DNA of 34,314 bases from positions 1-34,314 of the forward strand of contig CAYNSI010000002.1 of the NCBI GenBank assembly GCA_964399665.1. Reading direction: 5' to 3'. Within the stretch, counting starts at the first letter, position 1, and each line of letters begins with the position of its first letter. The translations under genes and the position numbers were made by a program. Origin of the DNA: an uncultured Enterobacterales bacterium. Its GTDB lineage: Bacteria > Pseudomonadota > Gammaproteobacteria > Enterobacterales > Succinivibrionaceae. Of the stretch, positions 1 through 8,752 are shown piece by piece. The notes beneath the pieces were generated by a model that saw only the letters and a program-made list of their open reading frames with translations, was not told the origin of the DNA and searched no databases.

Positions 1-236
1 TTTCCAAGCTCAATTATCCGCATCCAAAGCCTTAGCCTGCCATTGCTGTCACAATGGATCAGCCCTAAATTAACCATTTCATCTATAAGAACATAAACAG
101 TGCTGCGCGGCAGATTCAAGGATGACACAAGATCTCCTGCCGTGACCTCACCATGGTTATTTTTAATGTACTGCAAAATATTATGGCACCGGGATAATGC
201 AGGCACTCTTGATTTGCGCTCACTATTTTCACTCAT
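1..236 (-). CDS. IclR-family transcriptional regulator, N-terminal part only (gene runs off the left window edge)
   Basis: Not in the ORF track because it is truncated. Minus-strand ATG at 236..234 is preceded by AGAGGGG. My translation MSENSERKSRVPALSRCHNILQYIKNNHGEVTAGDLVSSLNLPRSTVYVLIDEMVNLGLIHCDSNGRLRLWMRIIELG fits the IclR-type winged-HTH N-terminal pattern. Confidence 0.75.
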   Translation of the reverse strand, partial: MSENSERKSRVPALSRCHNILQYIKNNHGEVTAGDLVSSLNLPRSTVYVLIDEMVNLGLIHCDSNGRLRLWMRIIELG

Positions 237-422
237 GTAAAGCCCCTCTTTTTAATCGAAAAAACAAGCTGTTAATTTTCTTATGAACACTAGCGTATTA
301 TAAGTCTATTATTTTGAATCAGATAATATCCCAATAACCATTTGATATATAAATATTAAATATAAGGAAAGCCGCTTTTTATGCATCTATTGTATTAGAC
401 GATTGAAACGCATATTAGAACT

Positions 423-504
423 ATGTGATACGGATTGTATTCTTTCCCCGCACTTTACCTATAACTATGGGTCACCCAAGCCATCTAAAGAGGATCTCAT
501 TTAT
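423..504 (+). repeat. Copy A of an ~85-bp direct repeat, homologous to the promoter-leader-RBS region of the plus-strand dctP at 4081; no gene follows it
   Basis: By-eye alignment of 423-504 with 3997-4082 gives about 80 % identity with a few indels. It ends in CCATCTAAAGAGG(A/G)TCTCATTTAT; copy A has ATC where copy B has the ATG start. Confidence 0.8.
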
Positions 505-814
505 CCTACTCCCCCTGATTAATATTAAGCATCAGATCCCCTGACATTCGGTTGAAAAATCTTATAGGGCTCGAACTTTTGATCTCAACAACTTTGAACC
601 TCGATCATCTTAAATTTTGACCTTAAATTAAGAACCAATTTTTACTCTCGTGGTTGTTTGTTAGCAAAAAGGAACTTTTTGCAAAAGATCTCACTATAAG
701 AGCCTATTTTTTAACTTTCTTGACTTCTGCACTAGTGCCTCTCTAAGCCATGGCCTGCCCTGCGACAAGTCAGGTGTCTCCAAGGCAACAGGGTAAACCT
801 GCTGCCAAATGTAC

Positions 815-2101
815 TTACATACCCAGCATATTGGGAATGAACATGGAGAACCACGGCACGAAGCTGAAGAGCAGGCCGCAGGCAATTTCCACCAGAATAA
901 AGCCGATAAGCGCTCTAGCTACCCCGATAACAGGTCTTCCCGAAATGCCGCTTGCAATAAACATGCAGGTGCCAAACGGCGGCGTGCACTGGCCCATCGA
1001 TAAGATGAAAACCACAACCAGGCCAAACTGTACAGGATCGATTCCGTAGCTTACCGCCAGGGGAGCCAAGATCGGTCCTAAAATCAGGATGATAGAGCCG
1101 TTGTCGAGGAACATGCCTGCGATGATCATTATGATGTTGATAATGATCATGAACAAAATCCAGGTATTGCAAAAGCCCATGAACCACTCGGTGACCTTGA
1201 CCGGGATTTGGTAGATGGTGACCAGATAAGCAAACACCGAGGCCGAGGCGACCAGACCCATCAGATTGGCCGTGACGATGGCGGTATTCTGGGAGATCCT
1301 CCACAAATCCTTCAAATTGATGTCTTTGTAGATGAACATGCAAACCACGATGCCGTAGAACACCGACACCACTGCAGCTTCGGTTGGGGTGAAGATGGCC
1401 GCATAAATGCCCCCCAAAATGATGACTGGCATCAAGAGAGCCCAAAAAGCACGCTTGAAGGAGGTTGTTACATTGGGCACCTTAAAATCGCTGCCTTTGG
1501 GGAAGTTGTGTTTCTTGGCCATGACATAGCAGTACAAAGCGAGCATCAGGCCGCAGAAGATGCCAGGGATAATACCTGACATCAGCAGCGAGGAAATGGA
1601 GACGCCGGTGATGGTTCCGTAAATTACGAATACCACCGAAGGAGGGATGACCACACCCAAGGTGCCTCCGATGGCCTGCACGGCTGCCGAATAATCGCGA
1701 GGGTAGCCGCGCTTGACCATTTCAGGATACATAACGCTACCGATGGAAGCCGTGGTTGCTATGGACGATCCTGAAATCGCTGCAAAGAAGGCACAGGCTG
1801 CCACCGCCACGATGGAAACGCCGCCAGCAATCCAGCCTATCAAGGAGTCGGCAAAATCGATAAGGCGTTTTGACAGACCTCCGTTGCTCATGATGTCGCC
1901 TGCCAGCATAAAGGCTGGGACGGCCAGCAGCGAAAACGAATCGGCGCCTGCGAACATGCGCTGGGCGATGATGACAAAGGTTAAACTGGGGTTTAAAGCC
2001 ACCGAAGTGACGCAGGCCAGGGCCAGGCTCCACATGATGGGAACGCCAAGGATAAGCGCAATTATCAAAGTGGCAAACAGAGCTAAGGCTGCAGGTTCCA
2101 T
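815..2101 (-). CDS. dctM: TRAP transporter large permease subunit (DctM family), operon 1
   Basis: 428-aa polytopic membrane protein with DctM-type motifs (FMLAGDIMSNGG, IPPS). AAGGAG RBS before the ATG. Follows dctQ after 23 nt. Confidence 0.9.
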   Translation of the reverse strand: MEPAALALFATLIIALILGVPIMWSLALACVTSVALNPSLTFVIIAQRMFAGADSFSLLAVPAFMLAGDIMSNGGLSKRLIDFADSLIGWIAGGVSIVAVAACAFFAAISGSSIATTASIGSVMYPEMVKRGYPRDYSAAVQAIGGTLGVVIPPSVVFVIYGTITGVSISSLLMSGIIPGIFCGLMLALYCYVMAKKHNFPKGSDFKVPNVTTSFKRAFWALLMPVIILGGIYAAIFTPTEAAVVSVFYGIVVCMFIYKDINLKDLWRISQNTAIVTANLMGLVASASVFAYLVTIYQIPVKVTEWFMGFCNTWILFMIIINIIMIIAGMFLDNGSIILILGPILAPLAVSYGIDPVQFGLVVVFILSMGQCTPPFGTCMFIASGISGRPVIGVARALIGFILVEIACGLLFSFVPWFSMFIPNMLGM

Positions 2102-2124
2102 TAATTTACTCCTTATGCACTACG

Positions 2125-2655
2125 TTATTTAGCATCCTGCTCTTTGGAGACTAATGCTCCTGTCAAGGTAGGATCCATGAGGACTTTGATGTGTTCGATT
2201 GCCTTAAGAAAAAGGGCAATGGTCGACAGAACATAGCCGCCAAAGACCACAGAGTACATGATGATCATGGGGATACGCATGGCAGGCGATTTTTGCACTC
2301 TGCCCACTGGGAATAGATCGACGGCATAGGAGGCAATAAGGATACAAGCGATGGCTCCTACCACGGCGTGCATCAAAGAGAGACCTGCGCGGCCCTTGAC
2401 GGTCTTAAACAAAGTTTGGATGGCGTCAATCTTGATGAGCTTATCCTGCGTAACGGCGATGTTAATGCCGACGAGCACAATGAACACGAACAAGTAGCGG
2501 GACAGTTCTTCTGACCATGGCAGGGAATAGAAAATTACGTACCGCGTGAAAACCTGCACAAAGATCACGACCATCATGATCAAGAGAGCTGCCGAAATCA
2601 GGGCCAGCAACAGTTTTTGAAACGCGCGGAAAAATTTATCGATAGTAGAAAGCAT
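2125..2655 (-). CDS. dctQ: TRAP transporter small permease subunit (DctQ family), operon 1
   Basis: Four-TM small protein between dctP and dctM. Start moved from the TTG at 2694 to the ATG at 2655 (MLSTIDKF...), which has a GGAGGAA RBS. Confidence 0.85.
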   Translation of the reverse strand: MLSTIDKFFRAFQKLLLALISAALLIMMVVIFVQVFTRYVIFYSLPWSEELSRYLFVFIVLVGINIAVTQDKLIKIDAIQTLFKTVKGRAGLSLMHAVVGAIACILIASYAVDLFPVGRVQKSPAMRIPMIIMYSVVFGGYVLSTIALFLKAIEHIKVLMDPTLTGALVSKEQDAK

Positions 2656-2715
2656 ATTTCCTCCAATCACGAGGCTGTTACCCCGTGATCTCAAAGAAAA
2701 AACTGTGACGAAGAG

Positions 2716-3687
2716 TTATTGATTGTCTTGCACGATTTTGATGATGTCAGGATAGGCTTCAAACTGCTCTTTGAGGAAGTCTGCAGTCTTGACACGGATG
2801 CTTTCCTTATCTGGTAAGGTCAAAGTCATGCCCCTGGAAGTCAGGTTACCGACAGCCTCTTCAGCTTGTCTGCGCTGCTCCTCTCGCTGATATGCACCTG
2901 CTTCCTTGGCAGAATCGTAGACGATCTTTTGCTGCTCAGGGGTAAGACGATTCCAGGTTTGGGCGCTCATGATGATGAAGATGGCTGAGTAGTTGTGATC
3001 GGTCATGGCCAGATAGTCATTGACCTCGTTAATGTTGTTGCCGTCGAGCACTGAAATGGCATTCTCCACGCCGTCAATGGCCCTTTGCTGCAAAGCTGTG
3101 TATGCCTCACCCCATGACATAGCCACAGGGTCAGCGCCCAAAGCCTTCCAGAACCCCTGATGCACACGCGAATCCATAACGCGCAGTCTGATACCTGCGA
3201 TATCATCAGCATTATTGATGGGTCTGGTAGAATTGGAGAATTCGCGAAAACCTACTTCCCAAACGTCGATGTTGACCAGATTAATGCCTGCATTGTTGAT
3301 CTCCTGCGTGTAATATTCGGTCAGAGGGCCGTTGTTTGCAAAAAGCTTATCGGCGTGCTCATAGGAGTTGATGAGGTAGGGAATATCGATGGCCTCGATG
3401 TCGGGGATGAAGGTGGTCATGACCGACTGATTCACGGCACCGATATCCAAGGTGCCTAGCTGGCAGTTAACCGCATAGTCGCTTGCGCTGCCTACCGTGC
3501 CGTTGTTGAATACTTGAATCTGCACTTCCCCATTGGTTCTCTCATTGACCAGCTCTGCCCACTTGGCCAGCCCCTTGGCAACGGGCACGGTTTCAGGGGC
3601 GTCGTGGCCTGCTCTCATGACAACGGGACTTGCGCTTGCTGAAGCAACTGATAAAGCCAAGATGCATGCGGATAAAAAGATTTTCAT
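2716..3687 (-). CDS. dctP: TRAP transporter substrate-binding protein (DctP family), operon 1
   Basis: 323 aa. Signal peptide MKIFLSACILALSVASASA, DctP-like body, AGGAGA RBS. Confidence 0.9.
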   Translation of the reverse strand: MKIFLSACILALSVASASASPVVMRAGHDAPETVPVAKGLAKWAELVNERTNGEVQIQVFNNGTVGSASDYAVNCQLGTLDIGAVNQSVMTTFIPDIEAIDIPYLINSYEHADKLFANNGPLTEYYTQEINNAGINLVNIDVWEVGFREFSNSTRPINNADDIAGIRLRVMDSRVHQGFWKALGADPVAMSWGEAYTALQQRAIDGVENAISVLDGNNINEVNDYLAMTDHNYSAIFIIMSAQTWNRLTPEQQKIVYDSAKEAGAYQREEQRRQAEEAVGNLTSRGMTLTLPDKESIRVKTADFLKEQFEAYPDIIKIVQDNQ

Positions 3688-4080
3688 TTAGGTTTCTCCT
3701 AGAAATTAGTCACATGTTAGCTGGAGTTTGTTCTGCTAATAACTTGTTATAAAGCAGTGATGAATCAGGTTAATCATAAGATTGCCCTCAACATTTATTG
3801 CATGTAAGAAGTAGTATAGAGTAATGTAGCATAAAGACTTTGATCTCGGTTACACTTTTCTATAAAAATATAAACATGTCTATTCAAATAGAACAAAAAA
3901 CACACAAGAAAAGAAGCATTTTTGTGGTTTATATAGCTAAAAACATTGAAAAGTATATTGTATATTATTGTAGACAAGAACTCTTTTTTTTTCCAAATGT
4001 GACACAGATTGTATTCTTTTACCGACATTTTTCCTAAACTCACAATGAGTTAGTCAAACCATCTAAAGAGGGTCTCATTT
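3688..4080. promoter_or_regulatory. AT-rich divergent control region between the two TRAP operons
   Basis: 393-bp gap between divergent dctP starts. Very AT-rich, with repeated ATTGTAT motifs. Individual promoters not resolved. Confidence 0.5.
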
Positions 4081-4082
4081 AT
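3997..4082 (+). repeat. Copy B of the ~85-bp direct repeat; functional leader/RBS of dctP (operon 2)
   Basis: Homologous to 423-504. Ends in the AAAGAGGG RBS and the ATG at 4081. Confidence 0.8.
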
Positions 4083-5070
4083 GAACAGGAATAAATTTGG
4101 TTTAAAAGCCATTGCTGCCGTCCTTGCAGTATGCGTATCACTTGTTGCTGCAAATTCTGCCCAGGCCCGCAATCTTCGTATCGGGCATTCCCATGTTGAA
4201 CATAAGGCCACCGATATTTCCTTCAGGGCCTTCGGAGAGAAACTTGCAGAACTTTCAGGCGGTGAACTTACCGTTACCATTTTTGCCAACGGCCAGCTGG
4301 GAGGCGAAAGGGAAATGGCCGAGCAGGTTCTCAACGGCGCCCTTGATATCTCCATGGTAGGCGGACAGATGATTGAAAGCTTCTTCTCCCGCTATGGAGT
4401 TTTAAACATGCCCTATCTGTTCACAAGCGTTGATCATTTATTAGCCTTTGTTAGATCAGATGACGCCCATAAATACCTGCTTGACGTTACAGGAGATCTA
4501 GGCTTTAAGGGGTTGTGGCTTGAAGGCTCAGGTCCCCGCAGTTTTTACACTAAAAAAGAAGTTACCAAACCTGAAGATCTTGACGGCCTGAAGATGAGGG
4601 TGCCGGAAGCTCAGATGTCTATTGATACCGTAAGATATTTGGGAGGACAGCCTACTCCGCTGTCATCAACAGAGGTTTACTCAGCATTGCAGCAGCAGGT
4701 AATTGATGGGGCCGAGAATAATTTTGTTTATTACGTACAGTCGCGCCACTTTGAAGTTGCTCCCTACTTCTGTGAAGATGAGCACTCCATGCCTCCTAAT
4801 GTAGTGATCATGTCCCAATACGTCTGGGATGATATGTCAGAACAGGAGCAGCAGTGGGTCCTTGAGGCAGCAAAGGTCGGACAGGAAGCCCAGATACAGG
4901 CATACCTCCAAGAAATGGAAGAGCACATGTCTCAAATAGAAGAGCTTGGCATCAAGTACCTGAAGGTTGACAAGACCCCCTTTGTGGAAAGGACCAAGCC
5001 AATTCTGGAAGCTGAGTTGAACAATCCTGACCGCGCTGATTTAATCAGGGCCATCCAAAATCTCCAATAG
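4081..5070 (+). CDS. dctP: TRAP transporter substrate-binding protein (DctP family), operon 2
   Basis: 329 aa. Signal peptide ending ANSAQA, DctP-like body. Confidence 0.9.
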   Translation: MNRNKFGLKAIAAVLAVCVSLVAANSAQARNLRIGHSHVEHKATDISFRAFGEKLAELSGGELTVTIFANGQLGGEREMAEQVLNGALDISMVGGQMIESFFSRYGVLNMPYLFTSVDHLLAFVRSDDAHKYLLDVTGDLGFKGLWLEGSGPRSFYTKKEVTKPEDLDGLKMRVPEAQMSIDTVRYLGGQPTPLSSTEVYSALQQQVIDGAENNFVYYVQSRHFEVAPYFCEDEHSMPPNVVIMSQYVWDDMSEQEQQWVLEAAKVGQEAQIQAYLQEMEEHMSQIEELGIKYLKVDKTPFVERTKPILEAELNNPDRADLIRAIQNLQ

Positions 5071-5130
5071 CTTATTTTAAGCTGTGAGATTGGGTTTTCG
5101 TTTTTATGATCCTCGTGCTAAGGAGGCGCT

Positions 5131-5619
5131 ATGGATTTTCTTAAGTTGGTAAGAAGAAGCATGGACAGAGCCCTGTTCCTTATCAACGGCATTCTCTTGC
5201 TTCTTTTGGTTTTAGATGTATCCTGGCAGGTGCTTGCGCGCTACGTTATGACGTCTCCTAGCACTTTTACGGATGAAGCGGCCCGGTACCTAATGGTTTG
5301 GATGAGCTTTTTGGGAGGAGCTTGGCTTTTTGGCAGTAACTCCCATTTGGCAGTAAGCTCCCTTCGCGACATGATGCCCAAAAATGTCCGTTATTTCGTC
5401 ATTCAGTTTACCTATGTGCTTATTGTGGTATTTGCGGTACTAGTGATGATCTATGGTAGTCAGAGACTTATTTTAAGAACTATGGCCCAGCCGTCCCCGT
5501 CACTGGGGATCCCTATGGGAGCCTTTTACACTATTCTGCCCATAAGTGCCGTCTGCATCATCATCTATATGATCCTTAACATCGTAGATGAAGCCGTAAA
5601 ACACAAAGAGGAGGCCTAA
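5131..5619 (+). CDS. dctQ: TRAP transporter small permease subunit (DctQ family), operon 2
   Basis: 162-aa four-TM protein. AAGGAGG RBS. Sits between dctP and dctM. Confidence 0.85.
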   Translation: MDFLKLVRRSMDRALFLINGILLLLLVLDVSWQVLARYVMTSPSTFTDEAARYLMVWMSFLGGAWLFGSNSHLAVSSLRDMMPKNVRYFVIQFTYVLIVVFAVLVMIYGSQRLILRTMAQPSPSLGIPMGAFYTILPISAVCIIIYMILNIVDEAVKHKEEA

Positions 5620-5621
5620 TA

Positions 5622-6926
5622 ATGGACGCAGGATTAGCTCTGTTTTTAATTTTTGCCTTTCTTATTGCCATCGGTGCGCCGATAGCAATTGCCATAGGGG
5701 TCTCTTCGGTGGTCATCCTAATATCAGCCATGCCTTTTCAGGTGGCTGTTTCAACGGCAGGCCAGAGGATGGTAAACGGGATAGACAGCTTCGCCCTTCT
5801 TGCAGTACCCCTTTTTATCCTGGCAGGCAACATTATGAATCACGGGGGGATAGCCAAACGTCTGGTTGAGTTCGCCTACCTTTTCGTGGGCAGAATTCCA
5901 GGTGCATTATCCCACGTCAATGTCGTAGCAAACATGATGTTTGGTGCCGTTTCAGGTTCAGCTTCGGCTGCAGTAGCCGCTGTGGGAAAAACTCTTCTGC
6001 CCCAGGCCAATGAGAACGGCATGGATAGGTCTTTATTTACCGCAGGCAATGTGGCATCAGGCCCCTGCGGCCAGCTGATTCCCCCGTCAAACGGCATGAT
6101 AGTCTATTCGGTGGTATCAGGCGGCACCTCCATAGGAGCACTGTTTCTGGCAGGCTATATCCCGGGGATCCTTATGGGGCTGGGAGCCATGCTGGTTATT
6201 GCTGGGTACTTCAAACTTTATCCTCACCTGGCAGGAAGGCGCGAGATAATAAAATACACCCTGATGCAGGCTTTAATCGTCACCTGGAGGGCCTTCCCCA
6301 GCCTGGCTATGATTATCGTGGTCATAGGAGGGATCATAGCCGGCATATACACGGCCACTGAGGCAGCCTGCTCTGCAGTGGTATATGCTTTTGTACTCTC
6401 GTGCATTTACCGGCAGATAAACTGGCAGATAATTAAAAATATCGCCAAAGACTCCATTGAAGTAAGCTGCCTGGTACTATTTTTGATAGGAGCCTCATCG
6501 GTCATGTCCTACGTGCTGGCATATACCCAGCTGCCAAAGACTATTTCCGATGCCATCCTGGGAGCAACCCAAAGTCCGATAGTGATTCTGCTTATCATGA
6601 ACATCATTCTGCTTATTGTAGGAATGTTTATGGATCTGACACCGGCGCTTTTGATCTTTACCCCGATCTTTCTGCCCATTGCCATACAATTGGGGCTTGA
6701 TCCGGTGCACTTTGGTCTTATTATGATGTTCAACCTCTGTATTGGCATTACCACACCTCCTGTTGGAAGCGCGCTGTTTGTGGGCTGCTCAATAAGCGGG
6801 GAGACCATTGAAAAAGTCTCGCGAAAACTCGTGCCGTTTTTTATCGTGGAAGTCATGGTACTGATGTTGGTAACCTATATTCCGGCGCTGTCGCTAACCA
6901 TCCCGCGCTGGGCCGGACTGTTATAA
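5622..6926 (+). CDS. dctM: TRAP transporter large permease subunit (DctM family), operon 2
   Basis: 434-aa polytopic protein (FILAGNIMNHGG, IPPS). GAGGAGG RBS. Starts 2 nt after dctQ. Confidence 0.9.
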   Translation: MDAGLALFLIFAFLIAIGAPIAIAIGVSSVVILISAMPFQVAVSTAGQRMVNGIDSFALLAVPLFILAGNIMNHGGIAKRLVEFAYLFVGRIPGALSHVNVVANMMFGAVSGSASAAVAAVGKTLLPQANENGMDRSLFTAGNVASGPCGQLIPPSNGMIVYSVVSGGTSIGALFLAGYIPGILMGLGAMLVIAGYFKLYPHLAGRREIIKYTLMQALIVTWRAFPSLAMIIVVIGGIIAGIYTATEAACSAVVYAFVLSCIYRQINWQIIKNIAKDSIEVSCLVLFLIGASSVMSYVLAYTQLPKTISDAILGATQSPIVILLIMNIILLIVGMFMDLTPALLIFTPIFLPIAIQLGLDPVHFGLIMMFNLCIGITTPPVGSALFVGCSISGETIEKVSRKLVPFFIVEVMVLMLVTYIPALSLTIPRWAGLL

Positions 6927-6957
6927 CCTTCAGCAGGAATTTAAATGAGGTAATGTT

Positions 6958-7383
6958 ATGAGCACTCAATGTTTTTACTGTGAAAATGGGGAAACCAGAA
7001 AAAATTTGATGATAGAGGTCTGCACCCTTAAAACTTCCACGGTGTATTTGAATAAGGATCAAAAACATCCGGGGCGTGTGGTGCTGATGTTTTACCGGCA
7101 TGCTGAGGAAGTCTGTGATCTGACCGCAGAAGAAAACAGCTCATTTTTTGCAGAACTATCCCTGGTGGCAGGAGCCGTAAAAAATCTTTACCACCCTGAC
7201 AAAATAAATTATGCCATTTATGGAGATCTGGTACCGCATCTTCATGTGCATATTGTCCCAAAATACAAGGACAAACTGCAGTGGGGAGGTCCTTTTGTAG
7301 ATTCGCCTGACTTGAAAGTCACTTTAAGTGACGATGACTATCAAAAAATGGTCACGCAGTTAAAACAGGAGATCCTCAAATAA
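6958..7383 (+). CDS. HIT-family (histidine triad) protein
   Basis: 141 aa. Histidine triad HLHVHIVPKY. N-terminal CFYC motif. GAGG RBS. 31 nt after dctM. Confidence 0.85.
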   Translation: MSTQCFYCENGETRKNLMIEVCTLKTSTVYLNKDQKHPGRVVLMFYRHAEEVCDLTAEENSSFFAELSLVAGAVKNLYHPDKINYAIYGDLVPHLHVHIVPKYKDKLQWGGPFVDSPDLKVTLSDDDYQKMVTQLKQEILK

Positions 7384-7423
7384 GTTTTGTGGTTATAACT
7401 TGACGGCTTAGGAAAGATTAACT

Positions 7424-8617
7424 ATGAAAAATTTCAATTTTTGCAGACCCACGGATTTTTACTTTGGACGTGGGGAAGAAAATAAAGTAGGAGAGATCTG
7501 CAGGAAACATGGTGCTGAAAAAATCCTGCTGCATTTTGGCGGTCAGTCGGCAATAAAATCAGGACTGCTTGCCAGGGTGGAAAAGTCCCTTACTGATGCC
7601 GGCGTAACTTTCATAAAATTAGGGGGAGTAAAACCCAATCCTACCGCTGATTTGGTTTATGAGGGCATTGATCTCTGCCGCAAAGAAAAGGTGCAGCTGA
7701 TCCTGGCAGTTGGAGGCGGATCTGTTATCGACAGTGCTAAGGCCATAGCCTTAGGCGTCCCCTATGAAGGTGATTTCTTTGACTTTTTTATGGGGAAAGA
7801 TACTCCGAAAAAATCCCTCCCAGTAGGAAGTATCCTGACCATTGCAGCTGCAGGATCTGAAGGATCCATGAGCTGCGTAATCCAAAAGGAAGTTAACGGC
7901 ATCATCAAGAAAAAAGGCTGCAATCATCTGCAGAATGTCTGTACATTTTCCATTTTAAATCCAGAGCTTACCTTCTCCCTGCCGCCTTATCAGACCGTCT
8001 GCGGCGCCTGCGATATCATGTGCCACGTAATGGAGCGGTATTTTTCCAATACTAAGGAAGTTAAGGTCACTGACGAACTTTGTGAAGGGGTTTTGCGTTC
8101 TGTGATTGCCATGCTGCCAAGGGTCATGAAAAATCCTGAGGATTATGAGGCAAGAGCAGCCATTATGTGGGCTTCAACCCTGGCTCATAACGATCTTTTG
8201 GGTCTTGACAGGGAGCAGGACTGGGGCAGCCACCGCATTGAGCATGAGCTGTCTGCCCTGTATGACTGTGCCCATGGAGCAGGCCTTGCCGTGGTGATGC
8301 CTGCCTGGATGGATTTTGTATGTACTCACGACCCCATGCGTTTTGCACAGTTTGCAGTAAACGTATTCGGATGTCAGATGAATTATGAAAATCCTGAAGA
8401 AACGGCACGAGCGGGCATTGCAGCCTTAAGAGCCTTCTGGGGAAGTGTCGGACTGCCTCTTAATTTTAAGGATTTGGGCATCAAAAAAGAGGACATCCCT
8501 GCCATTTTGCACAACCTGTCTTTGGGCAATCCTGATCATACCGAAGGACACTTTGTCGTTTTAAGCCTTAAGGATGTAGAAACCATCCTTACCATGGCAG
8601 CTGATTATAAGTCATGA
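7424..8617 (+). CDS. Iron-containing alcohol dehydrogenase, YqhD/BdhA-like (NADPH-dependent aldehyde/butanol reductase type)
   Basis: 397 aa. N-terminus MKNFNFCRPTDFYFGRG parallels E. coli YqhD MNNFNLHTPTRILFGKG. Also GGGSVIDSAK and metal-binding His motifs (HRIEHELS, AHGAGLA). Confidence 0.9.
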   Translation: MKNFNFCRPTDFYFGRGEENKVGEICRKHGAEKILLHFGGQSAIKSGLLARVEKSLTDAGVTFIKLGGVKPNPTADLVYEGIDLCRKEKVQLILAVGGGSVIDSAKAIALGVPYEGDFFDFFMGKDTPKKSLPVGSILTIAAAGSEGSMSCVIQKEVNGIIKKKGCNHLQNVCTFSILNPELTFSLPPYQTVCGACDIMCHVMERYFSNTKEVKVTDELCEGVLRSVIAMLPRVMKNPEDYEARAAIMWASTLAHNDLLGLDREQDWGSHRIEHELSALYDCAHGAGLAVVMPAWMDFVCTHDPMRFAQFAVNVFGCQMNYENPEETARAGIAALRAFWGSVGLPLNFKDLGIKKEDIPAILHNLSLGNPDHTEGHFVVLSLKDVETILTMAADYKS

Positions 8618-8681
8618 CAACAAACCGACAGGCAGGTCCCCACTACCATAGCAGGGGGCTTCCTGTCTTGAAACCTCCTTT

Positions 8682-8740
8682 AAAAAAGGCCCTGAAATCT
8701 TCCCGTGCGGCATTTGGCAGATTCAGGGCCTTTTGCTTTT
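8682..8740. terminator. Bidirectional Rho-independent terminator between the convergent ADH and trbL genes
   Basis: Stem GGCCCTGAAATCT (8688-8700) pairs with AGATTCAGGGCC (8719-8730). A-run on the left, TTTTGCTTTT on the right. The 18-nt loop is rather large. Confidence 0.6.
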
Positions 8741-8752
8741 GCTAAAAATTCC

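Noticed and set aside
664-682. A perfect AT-rich hairpin, GCAAAAAG-gaa-CTTTTTGC, downstream of dctM-1. I considered it as the operon-1 terminator.
   Set aside because: There is no U-tract on the relevant (minus) strand and it lies about 130 nt beyond the stop codon. A weaker GC-containing hairpin just after the stop (about 785-810) is equally unconvincing, so no terminator is called.
750-2132. Several 60-176-aa ORFs on both strands overlapping dctM-1 (for example 750..1049 +, 915..1445 -, 1208..1579 +, 1713..2132 +, 1737..2033 -).
   Set aside because: All lie inside or antisense to a well-supported DctM gene, are Arg/His/Gly-rich shadow translations of fairly GC-rich coding DNA, and lack an RBS.
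2656-2694. N-terminal extensions proposed by the ORF track from TTG/GTG codons: dctQ-1 at 2694, OMF at 26129, pepT at 28479, trbC at 17869, macA at 31685, ycgL at 34003 and metG at 20469.
   Set aside because: In each case an internal ATG a few codons downstream has a much better Shine-Dalgarno sequence and gives a canonical N-terminus (signal peptide, lipobox, or a match to E. coli homologues).
3795-4043. An 82-aa (-) and a 65-aa (+) ORF in the divergent TRAP control region.
   Set aside because: The DNA is extremely AT-rich, so the open frames are expected by composition. There is no RBS, the peptides are Ile/Asn/Phe/Tyr-rich, and they overlap the conserved leader repeat.
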